From Vulcanimicrobiota bacterium (GTDB lineage Bacteria; Vulcanimicrobiota; Vulcanimicrobiia; Vulcanimicrobiales; Vulcanimicrobiaceae), in the NCBI GenBank assembly GCA_963777315.1, contig CAVZQC010000004.1, forward strand, positions 288,001-352,000: a stretch of 64,000 nucleotides of DNA. Direction: 5' to 3'. Made by a program: the position numbers and the translations under genes. Within the stretch, counting starts at the first letter, position 1, and each line of letters begins with the position of its first letter. The notes beneath the pieces are model-generated. The model was given only the letters and a program-made list of their open reading frames with translations. It ran no database searches and was not told the origin of the DNA. Shown here in pieces: positions 44,348-54,697 of this stretch.

Positions 44348-45096
44348 TCTCCGGTAAGCACGCTGTCGTTACGGGCGGCGGGCGCGGGATCGGCCTTGCG
44401 ATTGCGCGTGCGCTCAAGGCAGCCGGTGCGAAGGTGAGCATCGTGAGCCGCTTGCCGCCCGATACGGGCGATGATTTTTTTCGTACGGCGGCTGACGTTT
44501 CGGATGAGGCTTCGCTCAATGAAGCGTTCGCGGAATGCCGGAAAGCGAACGGGGCCGTTGCGATACTCGTGAACAATGCCGGAATAGCGGAGTCGGCACC
44601 GTTCAAGCGTACCGACACAGCCTTGTGGAATCGGATTATCGGCACGAATTTGTCGGGCACATTTCTGTGCACGCGTCTGGTTATCGACGAAATGATCGAC
44701 GCGAAATGGGGCCGTATCGTCAACATCGCCAGTATCGCGGGTTTAGCGGGCGCCCCGTACATCAGCGCCTATGCCGCGGCCAAGCACGGCGTCATGGGGC
44801 TGACACGCAGCTTAGCGGCGGAGCTGCGCGAGACCGGCGTGACGGTCAGCGCCGTCTGCCCGGGCTACACGCAAAGCGATATGCTCACGCAGGCTGTAGC
44901 GAATATCGTGAAACGCACCGGCATGTCCGAAAGCGACGCGTTAGCTCAGCTCGCGAACAGCAACCCCGGCGGACGCATCGTTACGCCGCAAGAGGTCGTG
45001 CACGCCGTCGTGGCGCTTTGCGAGGGCTCGCAGAACGGCGCTGAGATCGTCCTGCCGGAACAGGGCCGCCGTGGTGCGGGTTGTCAATCGTTTTAA
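44344..45096 (+). CDS. SDR oxidoreductase (3-hydroxyacyl-CoA dehydrogenase-like)
   Basis: TGGGRGIG, VNNAG, YAAAKHG, VCPGY. Confidence 0.9.
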   Translation: MISGKHAVVTGGGRGIGLAIARALKAAGAKVSIVSRLPPDTGDDFFRTAADVSDEASLNEAFAECRKANGAVAILVNNAGIAESAPFKRTDTALWNRIIGTNLSGTFLCTRLVIDEMIDAKWGRIVNIASIAGLAGAPYISAYAAAKHGVMGLTRSLAAELRETGVTVSAVCPGYTQSDMLTQAVANIVKRTGMSESDALAQLANSNPGGRIVTPQEVVHAVVALCEGSQNGAEIVLPEQGRRGAGCQSF

Positions 45097-45343
45097 TATC
45101 CGTAGGCGTTTTCATGGCAAGTCACTGGTAAGGCAAGAGAGATGCAGCACGGTCTATCATTCGAGGAACAAGTAATTCACAACGGTGCGACGCCGGTTGC
45201 TTACGAGGCGTTTGAATCAATGCGTAAGAAAGCGCTCGACGCAAAATCATCACGGTTGTCGACGATCCCGCTCAGCGCAGAAATTAATGAACGGATTCCA
45301 TACGCGTACCACGTTGTGTTAGGGGATGGCAATGACATTGCCC

Positions 45344-46588
45344 TGAAGTTGCCCGGCTCTCGTGGAGAGTTTTAGATTGGAAATCACGCCGCGGTTTCCC
45401 GCTCATATGCGGCGGGAGAGCGGTAGCCCAGAGCTGAGTGGCGACGATGCCGATTGTACCAGCCCTCGATGAAGTCGAAGATAGCAAGTTCGGCTTCCTT
45501 ATGCGTGCGGAACCGGTTCCGATCGAGTAGTTCGCATTCGAGCGTCGCATTGAAGCTCTCGCACATCGCGTTGTCGTAGCAATCACCAACTGAACCCATC
45601 GACGGACGAACTCCAGCTTCCGGCACCGAGATCCGAAAGCAATCGAGGTGTATTGCGTTCCTTGATCGGAATGATGAATGACGCTTTCGGGCCTACGACG
45701 TTCAATCGCCATGTTGAGCGCATCGAGTACAAGTTGCGTGCGCATGTTCGAGCTCATTGCATAGCCGACGATTCGGCGGCATAAACGCGTCGAGAACGAC
45801 TGCAAGAAACAAGAACCCGGCGTAGGTTGGGATGTACGTGATATCAGCAACCCACAGTTTGTCTGGTGCGTTAGCGATGAATTTTCGATCGACAAGATCC
45901 GGTGCGGGTCGAGCATCTCGATCACGCACGGTCGTCCGAACGCCCTTACGGCGGCTTGCGCCTACGAGATTTCGCTCGTTCATGAGTCGCGCAAGTCGGT
46001 CGTTGCTCAGGGTAATGCCCTCGTCTTTCAACTCGGCCTTGATGCGTGGTCGACCGTACGTGTTGCGAGAGCGTCGATGAATTGCCTCGAGGCGATCACC
46101 AAGTTCAATGTCGCGCCGCGCATGTGCTGACGGTAGGACGATTGAGCCACGCATAGTACCCGCTGGCGGAGACCTCCAGAGCCTGGCACATCGTGGAAAT
46201 GTGGAATTTGGCCTGGTAGCTCTTCACGAGTCGGAAGATTTCTTGGGGATCACGTCGGTCTCCCGAGCAAACCAGGCCGCGGCTTTTGACAAGATTTCAT
46301 TCTCGATCGTGAGTCGCTTGTTTTCACGTCGAAGTTTCGAGAGTTCTGCTCGTTCTTCGCTGGTCAATCCGTCGGTGCGCTTGCCAGTATCGAAATCGAC
46401 CTGCTTTTCCAAATTGCGAATCGTTTGTGGCGCAAACCTCGAATTAGGCGGCAACTCATCTATGCGGCGACCGGTCCGAGCAGTTTAAGCGCAGGCGGAA
46501 GCGTCGTAGGATGCGTACCGCTTGGTTTGCGCAGCGGTGGACCCTTCTCCGCCAAAGCGGAAGTGTCCACGAGAGCCGGGCAACTTCA
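45344..46588 (-). mobile_element. IS3-family insertion sequence, 1245 bp, with CCC target duplication
   Basis: Terminal IR TGAAGTTGCCCGGCTCTCGTGGA (23-bp perfect) at both ends; CCC at 45341-45343 and 46589-46591. Confidence 0.95.
45384..46520 (-). pseudogene. IS3 transposase orfA/orfB, multiply frameshifted
   Basis: ELSKLRRENKRL...ILSKAAAWFA; YGRPRI; WVADITYI; HHSDQGTQY; DNAMCESF; YNRHRRHSALGY, in several frames. Confidence 0.9.
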
Positions 46589-47427
46589 CCCTGATTCGCC
46601 GCTCGTACTGGAACGGGATGATTCGCTTTGATGATCTAATTGGGCGTACCGCGCTAATCCTGCGGCCGAAAAGGAACGACGTCGTTTACCTTTATCTGAC
46701 GACAAAGACCTATCATGTAGAACCTCTTCGGCCTCGTAAACATATTTTAGCGGTTTCCTACGCGGCTAGCCATCGCATCACTAAGATCCAATATCAACAA
46801 ACGACGTGGAGCGAGGGCCCGGGGACTCTCGAAGGGTATGCTGTCGAAAACTTCAGAGTGCAGTCCGAGACGCGATATACTACAGACGGTTCGGAGATGT
46901 ACGATTCCATGCGAACCGAGAGTAAGGTGGTCGTGCTATCCGGCGCTTCGAACATTGAAAATCACTTTCCTATGGACGTTGTGATGCCTCAGCTGGCAGA
47001 ATTTCTTTAGGCCTATCTCGCCAGCCAACGCGACGGCTTCGTATGAAGAACATGGCCCGTCTCTCGCAGATGCGTTGCGACTCTACCAGATTAGCGCCGT
47101 AACATTGTCGGAGAGCTCCGTAGAGAACCGATTCCTTATTTCCATATTGAGAAATCGCGTAGAGAGGCTTGGCCCAAACGCCGAAGAGTCTGTTCGATAT
47201 TCCTGAGAATTTGTCTCAGAATTAAGAGCTAAATTTCAATCCGCTGGAGAAATTCCTGACCCTCCCTTTGGCCGCTAAGGTGGGTATTGCGCGCTATCTC
47301 CCCAGTATCAGCTGGCATAGTCTGCGCGCTTCAAGATACCGCGACGTTCGCGCCGGGGGGAGCAAAGACAAGCGCTAAAGCGGCGTAGTCGTGAATAAGG
47401 CTCGCGAGTAAAAACGAGGATGCAAAC

Positions 47428-47673
47428 TTGCCATCGGACGCTACAAAGGATACGACGCCAACCCACGAGGACCAATGCGGCTTGAGCGCCCAGCGGCTGG
47501 TGCACGATCAAGAGTCTGGAAAGTGGTACTACACTAATGGCGTACCCACTCGCCATATGGTCGAGTATGGTGAACACAATACAGCATCTGACGGTACGTT
47601 ACGCCCTGGAAACCCGAAGGGCGCTCGTCCAGCTACGCCACAGGAGGTCCAAGTTGCCAAGAACAAGCCGTAA
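47428..47673 (+). pseudogene. Possible polymorphic toxin C-terminal fragment
   Basis: Weak TTG start; hydrophilic, ends ...EHNTASDGTLRPGNPKGARPATPQEVQVAKNKP; 33 nt before an acidic ORF. Confidence 0.35.
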
Positions 47674-47706
47674 CGACGTTCCGGACGCCACCAGACGGGC
47701 TGAAAT

Positions 47707-48165
47707 ATGACGGACATTACGGAAGCATTTCGACGGTTTCGCGAAGCAGCCCGTATTGTCTGGAATCTGTGCATGCGCGATTATCCCGATGGCGAGTTGG
47801 AGTTGTTGGGCGTTAAAAATAGTCTTTTTGACGCGTTGGTATGTTCGCAACTGCACGTCGCGGAACATAGGACCGAGGAAGCATACTTTTGGCAAATCAA
47901 AGTAAAGCCGACATCGAAAGAAATCCTGTTAGCCTCTATTACGCCGGGGGAAATCGTGCTATGGAATCGCTCAGAAATCAGTGATGATGCCGATCTTAGG
48001 TACAGCGGCATCTTTGATTTCGACGAATTGGATTACACCTACAGAGATTTTCGCTACGTTCGAGCACGGCTTTTGACGACATCCGATATCCCAAATTACA
48101 CCGATGTACTAGTGGACGCCGACAAGGTGCAATTGTTCGATGTAAGCGACACCGAAAGCAAATAG
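47707..48165 (+). CDS. Hypothetical acidic protein, possible immunity protein
   Basis: Intact 152-aa ORF, AT-rich codons, acidic and aromatic composition. Confidence 0.6.
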   Translation: MTDITEAFRRFREAARIVWNLCMRDYPDGELELLGVKNSLFDALVCSQLHVAEHRTEEAYFWQIKVKPTSKEILLASITPGEIVLWNRSEISDDADLRYSGIFDFDELDYTYRDFRYVRARLLTTSDIPNYTDVLVDADKVQLFDVSDTESK

Positions 48166-48218
48166 ATCTCGAAGCTGATCGGGTTTGGTGGACGGTTCCA
48201 GTTTAGGGATGCCCTGAT

Positions 48219-48681
48219 TTATTCAAGTGCGATTTTTATCTTAGACCGCAAGAAGCACAAAGGCGCTCTCCGTCGAGAACAGGACGGGGGCGGTTTTAAT
48301 TGCGTCGAGCGCCCCCTCTGATAGAACTGAAAGCACACGCCCGCCGGTTCGATGAGATGGAACTCGCGCCGTCCCCGCGGCTTCATCTCGAGTGGGCCGA
48401 CTTTCGCCGGTACGTCGCGATACTCAGCATAGAGTGCTTCAAGATCCGTGACGCCGATGCTGAAGCTTAGCGTTGTCGGCCCATTGGCGATTTGTGTTCG
48501 GCACGAGATTAAAGGCAACGTCGTCGCGCGCGATGCCGGCGCCGGTATCGCTTTGCCACGTAACCGAAAAATGCATCGCGTCCCGATAGAAGGCAATCGC
48601 CGCCGCGAGGTCGGCGCCGGCCGGAATCATCGGTGTGACGGAACGGAACGACACCGTCACAGCTTTGCGGGTATTCTCCAT
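48219..48681 (-). CDS. VOC/bleomycin-resistance-like passenger protein; +1 frameshift at ~48468
   Basis: SVTPMIPAGADLAAAIAFYRDAMHF...WADNA|SFSIGVTDLEALYAEY...GRREFHLIEPAGVCFQFYQ. Confidence 0.75.
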
Positions 48682-48739
48682 ATGCCCGTTCCTTTTCGAG
48701 CCGCAGCCGGGCGATTCCGGTTCATGATAAAATTCATAC

Positions 48740-49700
48740 ATGGCGAACAAACAGATTACGTTCGCAACGGGTAACGGTTTTGAACGCTATGCGAAGAAGA
48801 CGCGACGCGCACAGTTCTTGGATGAAATGAACCAGGTTATCCCATGGAGGCGCATCGGCAAGATCGTCGAGCGATATATCCCGCCGAGGGTGGCGTTGGG
48901 CGACCGCCGGTGGGAGTGGAGCGGATGCTCCGCATGTATTTTTTGCAGCACTGGTTCAATTTGAGCGATCCTGCCGTTGAGGAGGCGCTCTACGAGAGCA
49001 ACTCGATGCGTGCGTTCGTCGGCATCGACCTTGGCCGCGAGCGAGTCCCTGACGAGACGACGGTATGCAAGTTCCGTCACCTTTTGGAGAAGCACCGTCT
49101 TGGCAAGCGCATTTTCAAAGCGATCAACACTCATCTGGCGCAACCGGGAATGACGGTCGGGCGCGGGACCATCGTTGATGCGACGATTATTCATGCGCCG
49201 AGCTCTACGAAGAACAAGGACGAGAAGCGCGACCCGGAGATGCACTCGACCCAGAAGGGGAATCAGTGGTTCTTTGGGATGAAGGCACACATCGGCGTCG
49301 ATAGTAAGACGGGCCTGGTCCATTCGCTCGTCACGACAGCGCCAATATTCACGATAGCCAACCGCTCGCGGACCTGCTGCACGGTTCCGAGACACGTGTT
49401 TGGGGTGATTCGGCATACATGGGTCAGAAGGACGCGATCGAGAAGCGCGCTCCCAGGGCGAAGGACTTTACGAATAAGCGGGCTCGTCGTAACCATCCAC
49501 TCAGCGATGCTGAGAAGGCTGCGAATCGCATGAAATCTTGCGTGCGCGCGAAGGGTGAGCATCCATTTTGCGTTGTCAAGCGTCTTTGGGGATTTAGCAA
49601 AGTGAGGTATCGCGGCATAGCCAAGAATGCGAACGGCTTTTGTTGCATTCGGTCTATCGAATCTTTTCATGACGCGCAACAAACTTTTGCGCTTGCAAGG
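48740..49700 (+). pseudogene. IS5 transposase, frameshifted
   Basis: [64 protein letters not shown], over three frames. Confidence 0.9.
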
Positions 49701-50161
49701 GGCGTAGTGTCTCTCGGAGTCGGCCTTGGGGCACTCGCAGGCGCAAAATGGGCACCAATAACTGGCTAATTCGCCAAACTGGATCATAAAATCAACACGG
49801 ATGCGCGGAAAAGTGGTCTATCGCACCATTGTCAGGGCATCCTTAGACATCAGGCGGCTTGACTGAGCCGGCGCTCGTACGCCATCGATGGGGGCTCTTC
49901 TCTTGACGACTTCCCTAATGGATCAGTGCGAGCGCGACAGCGAGGCTTTTTTACGGCGCCTTCTCGTGCGTGAGGCATACGCAGTACTAAGAGCCTGAAG
50001 GCATCCAGCCTGACCTTCGAGCCGCCCACCGGTGTGCGCAGGCCAAAGGTCGCTTGTACTCCAGATTCTAATTTTCAAGCTCATGGCGAGCTGAAGACCG
50101 AGACCACGAAAGGTGCAATATTGACACAAAACCACCGTTGAATGCGTTGCACGCTATGTCG

Positions 50162-50290
50162 TGGGATAGATCCCGTCATGCGCGCAGTGATTTCTGTGGG
50201 GTCGGGTAGTTGATAGACTGCGAGGAATTCCTCAGGCGTCATGGCGTCGAGAGCGCTATGCGGCAGATCAGCGTTATAGGCCCGTCGACC
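50162..50290 (-). pseudogene. Third IS3-family orfB C-terminal relic
   Basis: AYNADLPHSALDAMTPEEF resembles YNxxRPHSALGxxTPxEF. Confidence 0.6.
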
Positions 50291-50356
50291 TGACGCAGCT
50301 CGCGCAAGATCGCCCAAAGATGGGTGTAAGCGGCTCCATGTTGCGATTTCACAAAG

Positions 50357-50873
50357 CTAAAGTAACGTCCGCAGATCGTCGAACGCGTACACAACGTCGT
50401 CAAAGTGTCCAGCCTCGATAGAGCAACCCTCCGGAACCAGACGCGCGCCCAACCGCTCGTAAAAACCGCGCGCGGCAGCATTATTCGGCAGCACGGCAGC
50501 GCCATGTTTGATGCTACCGTGGGGTAAGACGCTAGGCCAGTGCAGCGAGCAGTGCGCGCCCACCGCCGCGGCCTTTTGCCGCAGCAATGAAATACAACGC
50601 TTGCAGATACGCATCGAAGCCGTCGCGAGCCGGAAGCAACCTCAGCGCGCTTGCGAAACCGACGATCGTTTCATCTTCGTCGCAGGATACGAGCACGATG
50701 CGCTGCGGTTCGGTGAGGGCCTCGTGCCACATCGCCGTGCGGCTTTCCAGCGTGTGGCGGTCGATGCGCTCGTCCTCTAGAATTCCGCGGTAGTTTTCAC
50801 GCCAGCCGGCGAGGTGCACGCGAGCGATGCCGGCGCCGTCATCCAGGCGTGCGGGACGCACATGCAACGTCAC
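50357..50873 (-). pseudogene. GNAT acetyltransferase, frameshifted in its 3' third
   Basis: VRPARLDDGAGIARVH...GWRENYRG; KGRGGGRALL; then NAAARGFYERLG in another frame. Confidence 0.8.
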
Positions 50874-52390
50874 GCTCCGTACCAGCGCAACCGCGGCCAC
50901 AATACTGGCAGCGGCGCGATGGGCTGCGTGCACAAATAGATCGGCGTGGGTCCCTCGACGATCCACGTTCGCGGATCGCTCGACGTGGCGACCAGGCGGA
51001 CGTTGTGGTACAGCGTTCGCACGAGATCGATTTGCGTGGCTCCCACCGCGATGAGCGTCGATCCGTCGTATCCGCGCGTACCCCACAAGTAGTAGGTGTT
51101 TTGCGCGCTGATCGCGGGCGGCAATCCGTAGCGCGGACCGAAAAAGTCCAGTGCGCCAGCATCCGCGTAGGTGTCTGCGAATACCGCCGTGCGGGCCCGC
51201 ATCGGAGCCGGCAGCCCGCGATACACGGCGGCCACGTTGCGCGCGAGTGCGTTCCAGCCGAATTCCTCGGCGTACACTGGTTGAATCACGTGTGCCGGCG
51301 AGCCGTTTTGGCCGGTCAAGCGCAAGATCCGGGAATATGCGACGAACGATCCGATCGGCAGCACCGGTAGCGAAAGCGGTACGAATGGGAGCGTAACGAC
51401 AAGAAATACCGCGACCGCGGCCGTTCGTGCAACGGTCGTACGCAGCGTGCGTTCCCACACGACACAGCCGGCGGCAAGCAGTGGCGCATAGATGCCGATG
51501 ATGTAGTAGCCCTTCCCTTGCAGCCAGATCGCGAGCACCAGCAGCACGGCGTACGCAATGGCGATATAGCGAAAAGACCGGTAGGCGGCGGCAAAGCCCA
51601 GCGCGGCCAAACCGGCAAGCCAAATCGGCACGGCGATCGGGTTGGTGTACAGCAGCTGTTCGGCAACGAACGCCGCGGCGTTTTGCGCGACGCCTTTGTA
51701 CTCGAGCGCAAGCCCGTTCGCAAACGCGTGACGATGCGCGAAATCGCCGCGCACGACCTCCAGGAACGGCCAGCCGTGAAGAGCCTGCCACGCAAGGTTG
51801 GGCGCGAGCGCGATAGCCGCGAGGGCCAAACCTGCAGCAAACCACCACGTGCGCATCGCCTTACGCTGAGACGTGAACAGCAGCCCAAGCAGCAGCGCAG
51901 CTGCGAGCAGCAGCATAGAATATTTTCCGTACATCCCGAACGCGAACGCTGCGGCTGCGCCAATCCAGTAACGTGAATCGGCCGTACGCACGAGTCGAAC
52001 CGTGCAGTACACCAGCAGCGTCCACGAGAGCGGTTCGAACGAGGTGGTGGTGAGCGTGTTGCCGAGCAGCAGATACGCCGGCACGAACAGCGTCGCAAGC
52101 GCCGCGCAGCCTTGCGCAAACGCGCCCCCTCCAAGCTCGCGCGCGATGCGCGCCGCAAGCCACACCGTCAGTGCAGCCGCAATTGCGGGGAGAAGGCGCA
52201 GAGCGATCAGATCATAGTGCGCCGGAGATGCGATCCATGCCGCAAGCGCGACCAAAGGCGGCTGATCGACGTAGCCCCAGGCCAAGTGCTTGGCGCAGGC
52301 GATAAAGTACAGTTCGTCCCGGAAATAGCCGTACCGCCGGCTCGTAGCCAAATGGATGGCCAGTGCCGCTGCTGCAATGGCGAAACGCAC
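50870..52390 (-). CDS. GT-C (family 39/ArnT-like) membrane glycosyltransferase
   Basis: YGYFRDELYF...LAWGYVDQPPL, KYS, PNLAWQ, KGYY. Confidence 0.88.
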   Translation of the reverse strand: MRFAIAAAALAIHLATSRRYGYFRDELYFIACAKHLAWGYVDQPPLVALAAWIASPAHYDLIALRLLPAIAAALTVWLAARIARELGGGAFAQGCAALATLFVPAYLLLGNTLTTTSFEPLSWTLLVYCTVRLVRTADSRYWIGAAAAFAFGMYGKYSMLLLAAALLLGLLFTSQRKAMRTWWFAAGLALAAIALAPNLAWQALHGWPFLEVVRGDFAHRHAFANGLALEYKGVAQNAAAFVAEQLLYTNPIAVPIWLAGLAALGFAAAYRSFRYIAIAYAVLLVLAIWLQGKGYYIIGIYAPLLAAGCVVWERTLRTTVARTAAVAVFLVVTLPFVPLSLPVLPIGSFVAYSRILRLTGQNGSPAHVIQPVYAEEFGWNALARNVAAVYRGLPAPMRARTAVFADTYADAGALDFFGPRYGLPPAISAQNTYYLWGTRGYDGSTLIAVGATQIDLVRTLYHNVRLVATSSDPRTWIVEGPTPIYLCTQPIAPLPVLWPRLRWYGA

Positions 52391-53406
52391 TAGGCGCGTT
52401 GCATGCGGGGCGCGGCCAGAAGCGTGAGGCCGAATCCGATCGCGCCTGCCCATATCACGGCGCCGAGCAAGACGTTCCAATCCCACCAGACGCGCTCAAC
52501 GGCTGCCGTGACGACGAAGTACGTGGCAAAATACGCCACGGGAACCGCGATGCCCAAGATACGGTAGGCGAAAATGCGTTCCGGTGACGGCCGCAAGCGC
52601 GCAACGATGAGGTCTCCCGTTATTCCGGCAACGACGCTCATTGCCAACGTCGTGCCTAGCAGCGGAGTGTCGTTGGTGAACGCCGCCGCAGCCGCGAAAT
52701 TTCCCAGCACGTACGTCAGCGTGAGCGCGCCGGGCGCGAGCGCAAACCGCGTTCCCGCAAAAAGACCGAAGCCCGCCATCAGCACGCTCTGGAAGATCAC
52801 CACCAGCACGCCGGTGCCGATCTTGTAGTAGCCGATCGTTAGTGCAGTCAGATAATCGGGTGAAAAGGCGCCGCTGCCGGGCGGGGCATTCACGCGGCCT
52901 GCCCCGGGATCGAAAGCATAGGCGGTTCCGAAATGCGCGAGCTCCATCCAGGTGGCCAGCGCAAAGATCAACGGGAGCTGATCGATGAGCGCCGGTCGAT
53001 CCCGGCGCGCGCGCAGCGCCGAGAGAATCGGCGCGGTGGCAACGAAAAAGACGCCCAGGCCTAGCGCCTGATGCGTTGGGCTCAGCAGCGCGTCTACGCC
53101 CTCCTCGACGCCTAAAAAGTGGTGCCAGATCATGTCGGCGATCCCTGCGGCGATGAAAATGGGAATACCGACCAGCGGCACACGATAGCTGCGCGGAAAA
53201 CCGCCGTAACGCGCCGCGTAAACGCACAGCGCGATGATGAGCGCAAGCATGCCGCTATAGAAAACGCCGTGATACGGCGTAAAGAAACTCTCCACGGGAA
53301 CGTGTCCGTGCGCCCAGGCGTCGACGAAAAAGCCGCAGGAAACCCACAGCGTGCAAAAGCCGACCGCCAAATCGAGCATTTTGCTCCGGCCGCGCGCAGT
53401 CCGCAT
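52390..53406 (-). CDS. Multi-pass membrane protein with two PmoC/AmoC-like DxxxH...H motifs
   Basis: DAWAHGHVPVESFFTPYH and DMIWHHFLGVEEGVDALLSPTH. Confidence 0.75.
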   Translation of the reverse strand: MRTARGRSKMLDLAVGFCTLWVSCGFFVDAWAHGHVPVESFFTPYHGVFYSGMLALIIALCVYAARYGGFPRSYRVPLVGIPIFIAAGIADMIWHHFLGVEEGVDALLSPTHQALGLGVFFVATAPILSALRARRDRPALIDQLPLIFALATWMELAHFGTAYAFDPGAGRVNAPPGSGAFSPDYLTALTIGYYKIGTGVLVVIFQSVLMAGFGLFAGTRFALAPGALTLTYVLGNFAAAAAFTNDTPLLGTTLAMSVVAGITGDLIVARLRPSPERIFAYRILGIAVPVAYFATYFVVTAAVERVWWDWNVLLGAVIWAGAIGFGLTLLAAPRMQRA

Positions 53407-53487
53407 GACGAGCCATACGAGTTCGGCGGTGCGCCGGCCTCTGAACGCGCAGGAAAACCCGCATCGGCGGCACCAGTTACTTCGTCG

Positions 53488-53898
53488 ATGACGCTACGCG
53501 CAGGTCTGGCCGCGCTGTTGCTGTCGGGCTGCGCCGCGCATGCCGCTTCGGCTCCGGCGAATGTTTCCTTCGGCACGCGCGCGCGGCTGCCCGCGCCGCC
53601 CATTGCCGCCAATGACGCTGCGCCCCGCATCGTTGCGGCGCACTTTTCCAGCAACGACGTGCGCCGGGGGCAGACCTGGTCCGGCGTCATCGTGACCGCG
53701 ACCAATGTGGCGAGCGTCGAAGTGCGCACGAACCTGTTCTCGATCGACGTGCCTCGCCGGCGCTTCGGACTCTTCGCCTTTTACCTGCACGTATTCGACG
53801 TGCCCCCGATCTTCGTGCGGGCCTATACCGTTCGCATCGTCGCGCGCAACACCGCCGGCGCAGCAGCCGAAGAAGATTTTCCGTTTCGCATACGATAG
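53488..53898 (+). CDS. Putative lipoprotein
   Basis: [15 protein letters not shown] lipobox; beta-rich mature domain. Confidence 0.7.
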   Translation: MTLRAGLAALLLSGCAAHAASAPANVSFGTRARLPAPPIAANDAAPRIVAAHFSSNDVRRGQTWSGVIVTATNVASVEVRTNLFSIDVPRRRFGLFAFYLHVFDVPPIFVRAYTVRIVARNTAGAAAEEDFPFRIR

Positions 53899-53906
53899 AA
53901 GCACCG

Positions 53907-54695
53907 ATGCCATACATTCGATACGCCAAAGAAGGCAAGGTCGTCACGCTCACGCTCGATCGTCCGGAACGCAAAAACCCGCTCACGTTCGAATCGTACC
54001 GGGAGCTGCTCGAGTATTTCCGCGCGTTGCGGGGAGATTCGTCGGTGCGGGCGGTCGTCCTGACGGGAGAAGGCGGCAATTTCTGTTCGGGCGGCGACGT
54101 GCGCGAGATCATCGGGCCATTGACGCAGCGTTCCGATTGGGAATTGCTCGAGTTCACGCAGATGACGGGCGATCTGGTCAAAGCGATGCGCGCGTGCCCA
54201 CAGCCGATCGTGTCCGCAATCGACGGCGCATGCGTGGGGGCGGGAGCCATTTTGGCGATGGCTTCCGATCTGCGCTATGGTACCGCGCGCAGCAAAGTTG
54301 CATTTCTGTTCGTGCGCGTCGGACTGGCGGGCTGCGACATGGGCGCCTGCGCTATGCTGCCGCGGATCGTCGGTCTGGGGCGAGCTGCCGAAATGCTCTA
54401 TACGGGTCGCGCGATCGGAGGGGACGAAGCTTTAGCGTGGGGATTTTATACGGCGTTGCACGAGCCGCACCGGCTGTTAGCGGAAGCGACGGCAATCGCG
54501 CAGGCGCTGGCAACGGGGCCCGCGGTCGCGCACGCGATGACCAAACGCATGCTGCACGAAGAATGGGACATGCCGCTGGACGCCGCAATCGACGCCGAGG
54601 CGCGCGCGCAAGCGCAATGCATGCAAACCGAAGATTTCCGGCGGGCATACCGGGCGTTTATCGAGGGGCGTGCGCCGGTGTTTGCGGGCGACTGA
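53907..54695 (+). CDS. Enoyl-CoA hydratase family protein (abm cluster)
   Basis: [33 protein letters not shown]. Confidence 0.92.
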   Translation: MPYIRYAKEGKVVTLTLDRPERKNPLTFESYRELLEYFRALRGDSSVRAVVLTGEGGNFCSGGDVREIIGPLTQRSDWELLEFTQMTGDLVKAMRACPQPIVSAIDGACVGAGAILAMASDLRYGTARSKVAFLFVRVGLAGCDMGACAMLPRIVGLGRAAEMLYTGRAIGGDEALAWGFYTALHEPHRLLAEATAIAQALATGPAVAHAMTKRMLHEEWDMPLDAAIDAEARAQAQCMQTEDFRRAYRAFIEGRAPVFAGD

Positions 54696-54697
54696 CG

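Larger units (their letters stand above)
45142..47010 (+). pseudogene. Hypothetical gene interrupted by IS3
   Basis: Removing 45344-46591 fuses ...GDGNDIA to LIRRSYWNG... in frame, giving 206 aa. Confidence 0.75.
48207..49842 (+). mobile_element. IS5-family element, 1636 bp, with passenger gene and TTAG target duplication
   Basis: IR GGATGCCCTGA (48207-48217) and TCAGGGCATCC (49832-49842); TTAG at 48203-48206 and 49843-49846. Confidence 0.88.
48170..49895 (-). mobile_element. IS3 right-end relic split by the IS5 (48170-48206 plus 49847-49895)
   Basis: CGAAGCTGATCGGGTTTGGTGGACGGTT matches the intact IS3 IR at 19/28; orfB-like tail SMAYERRLSQAA*. Confidence 0.65.

Noticed and set aside
49923..50135. 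70-aa ORF between IS relics
   Set aside because: No recognisable motif; lies in a decayed region.
52390..53406. Methane or ammonia monooxygenase
   Set aside because: Only motif-level similarity to subunit C; no A or B subunit in the window.
53705..54697. N-terminal extension of the 706-aa ORF as an acyl-CoA dehydrogenase fusion
   Set aside because: Overlaps the hydratase in another frame; the real start is GTG 54698.
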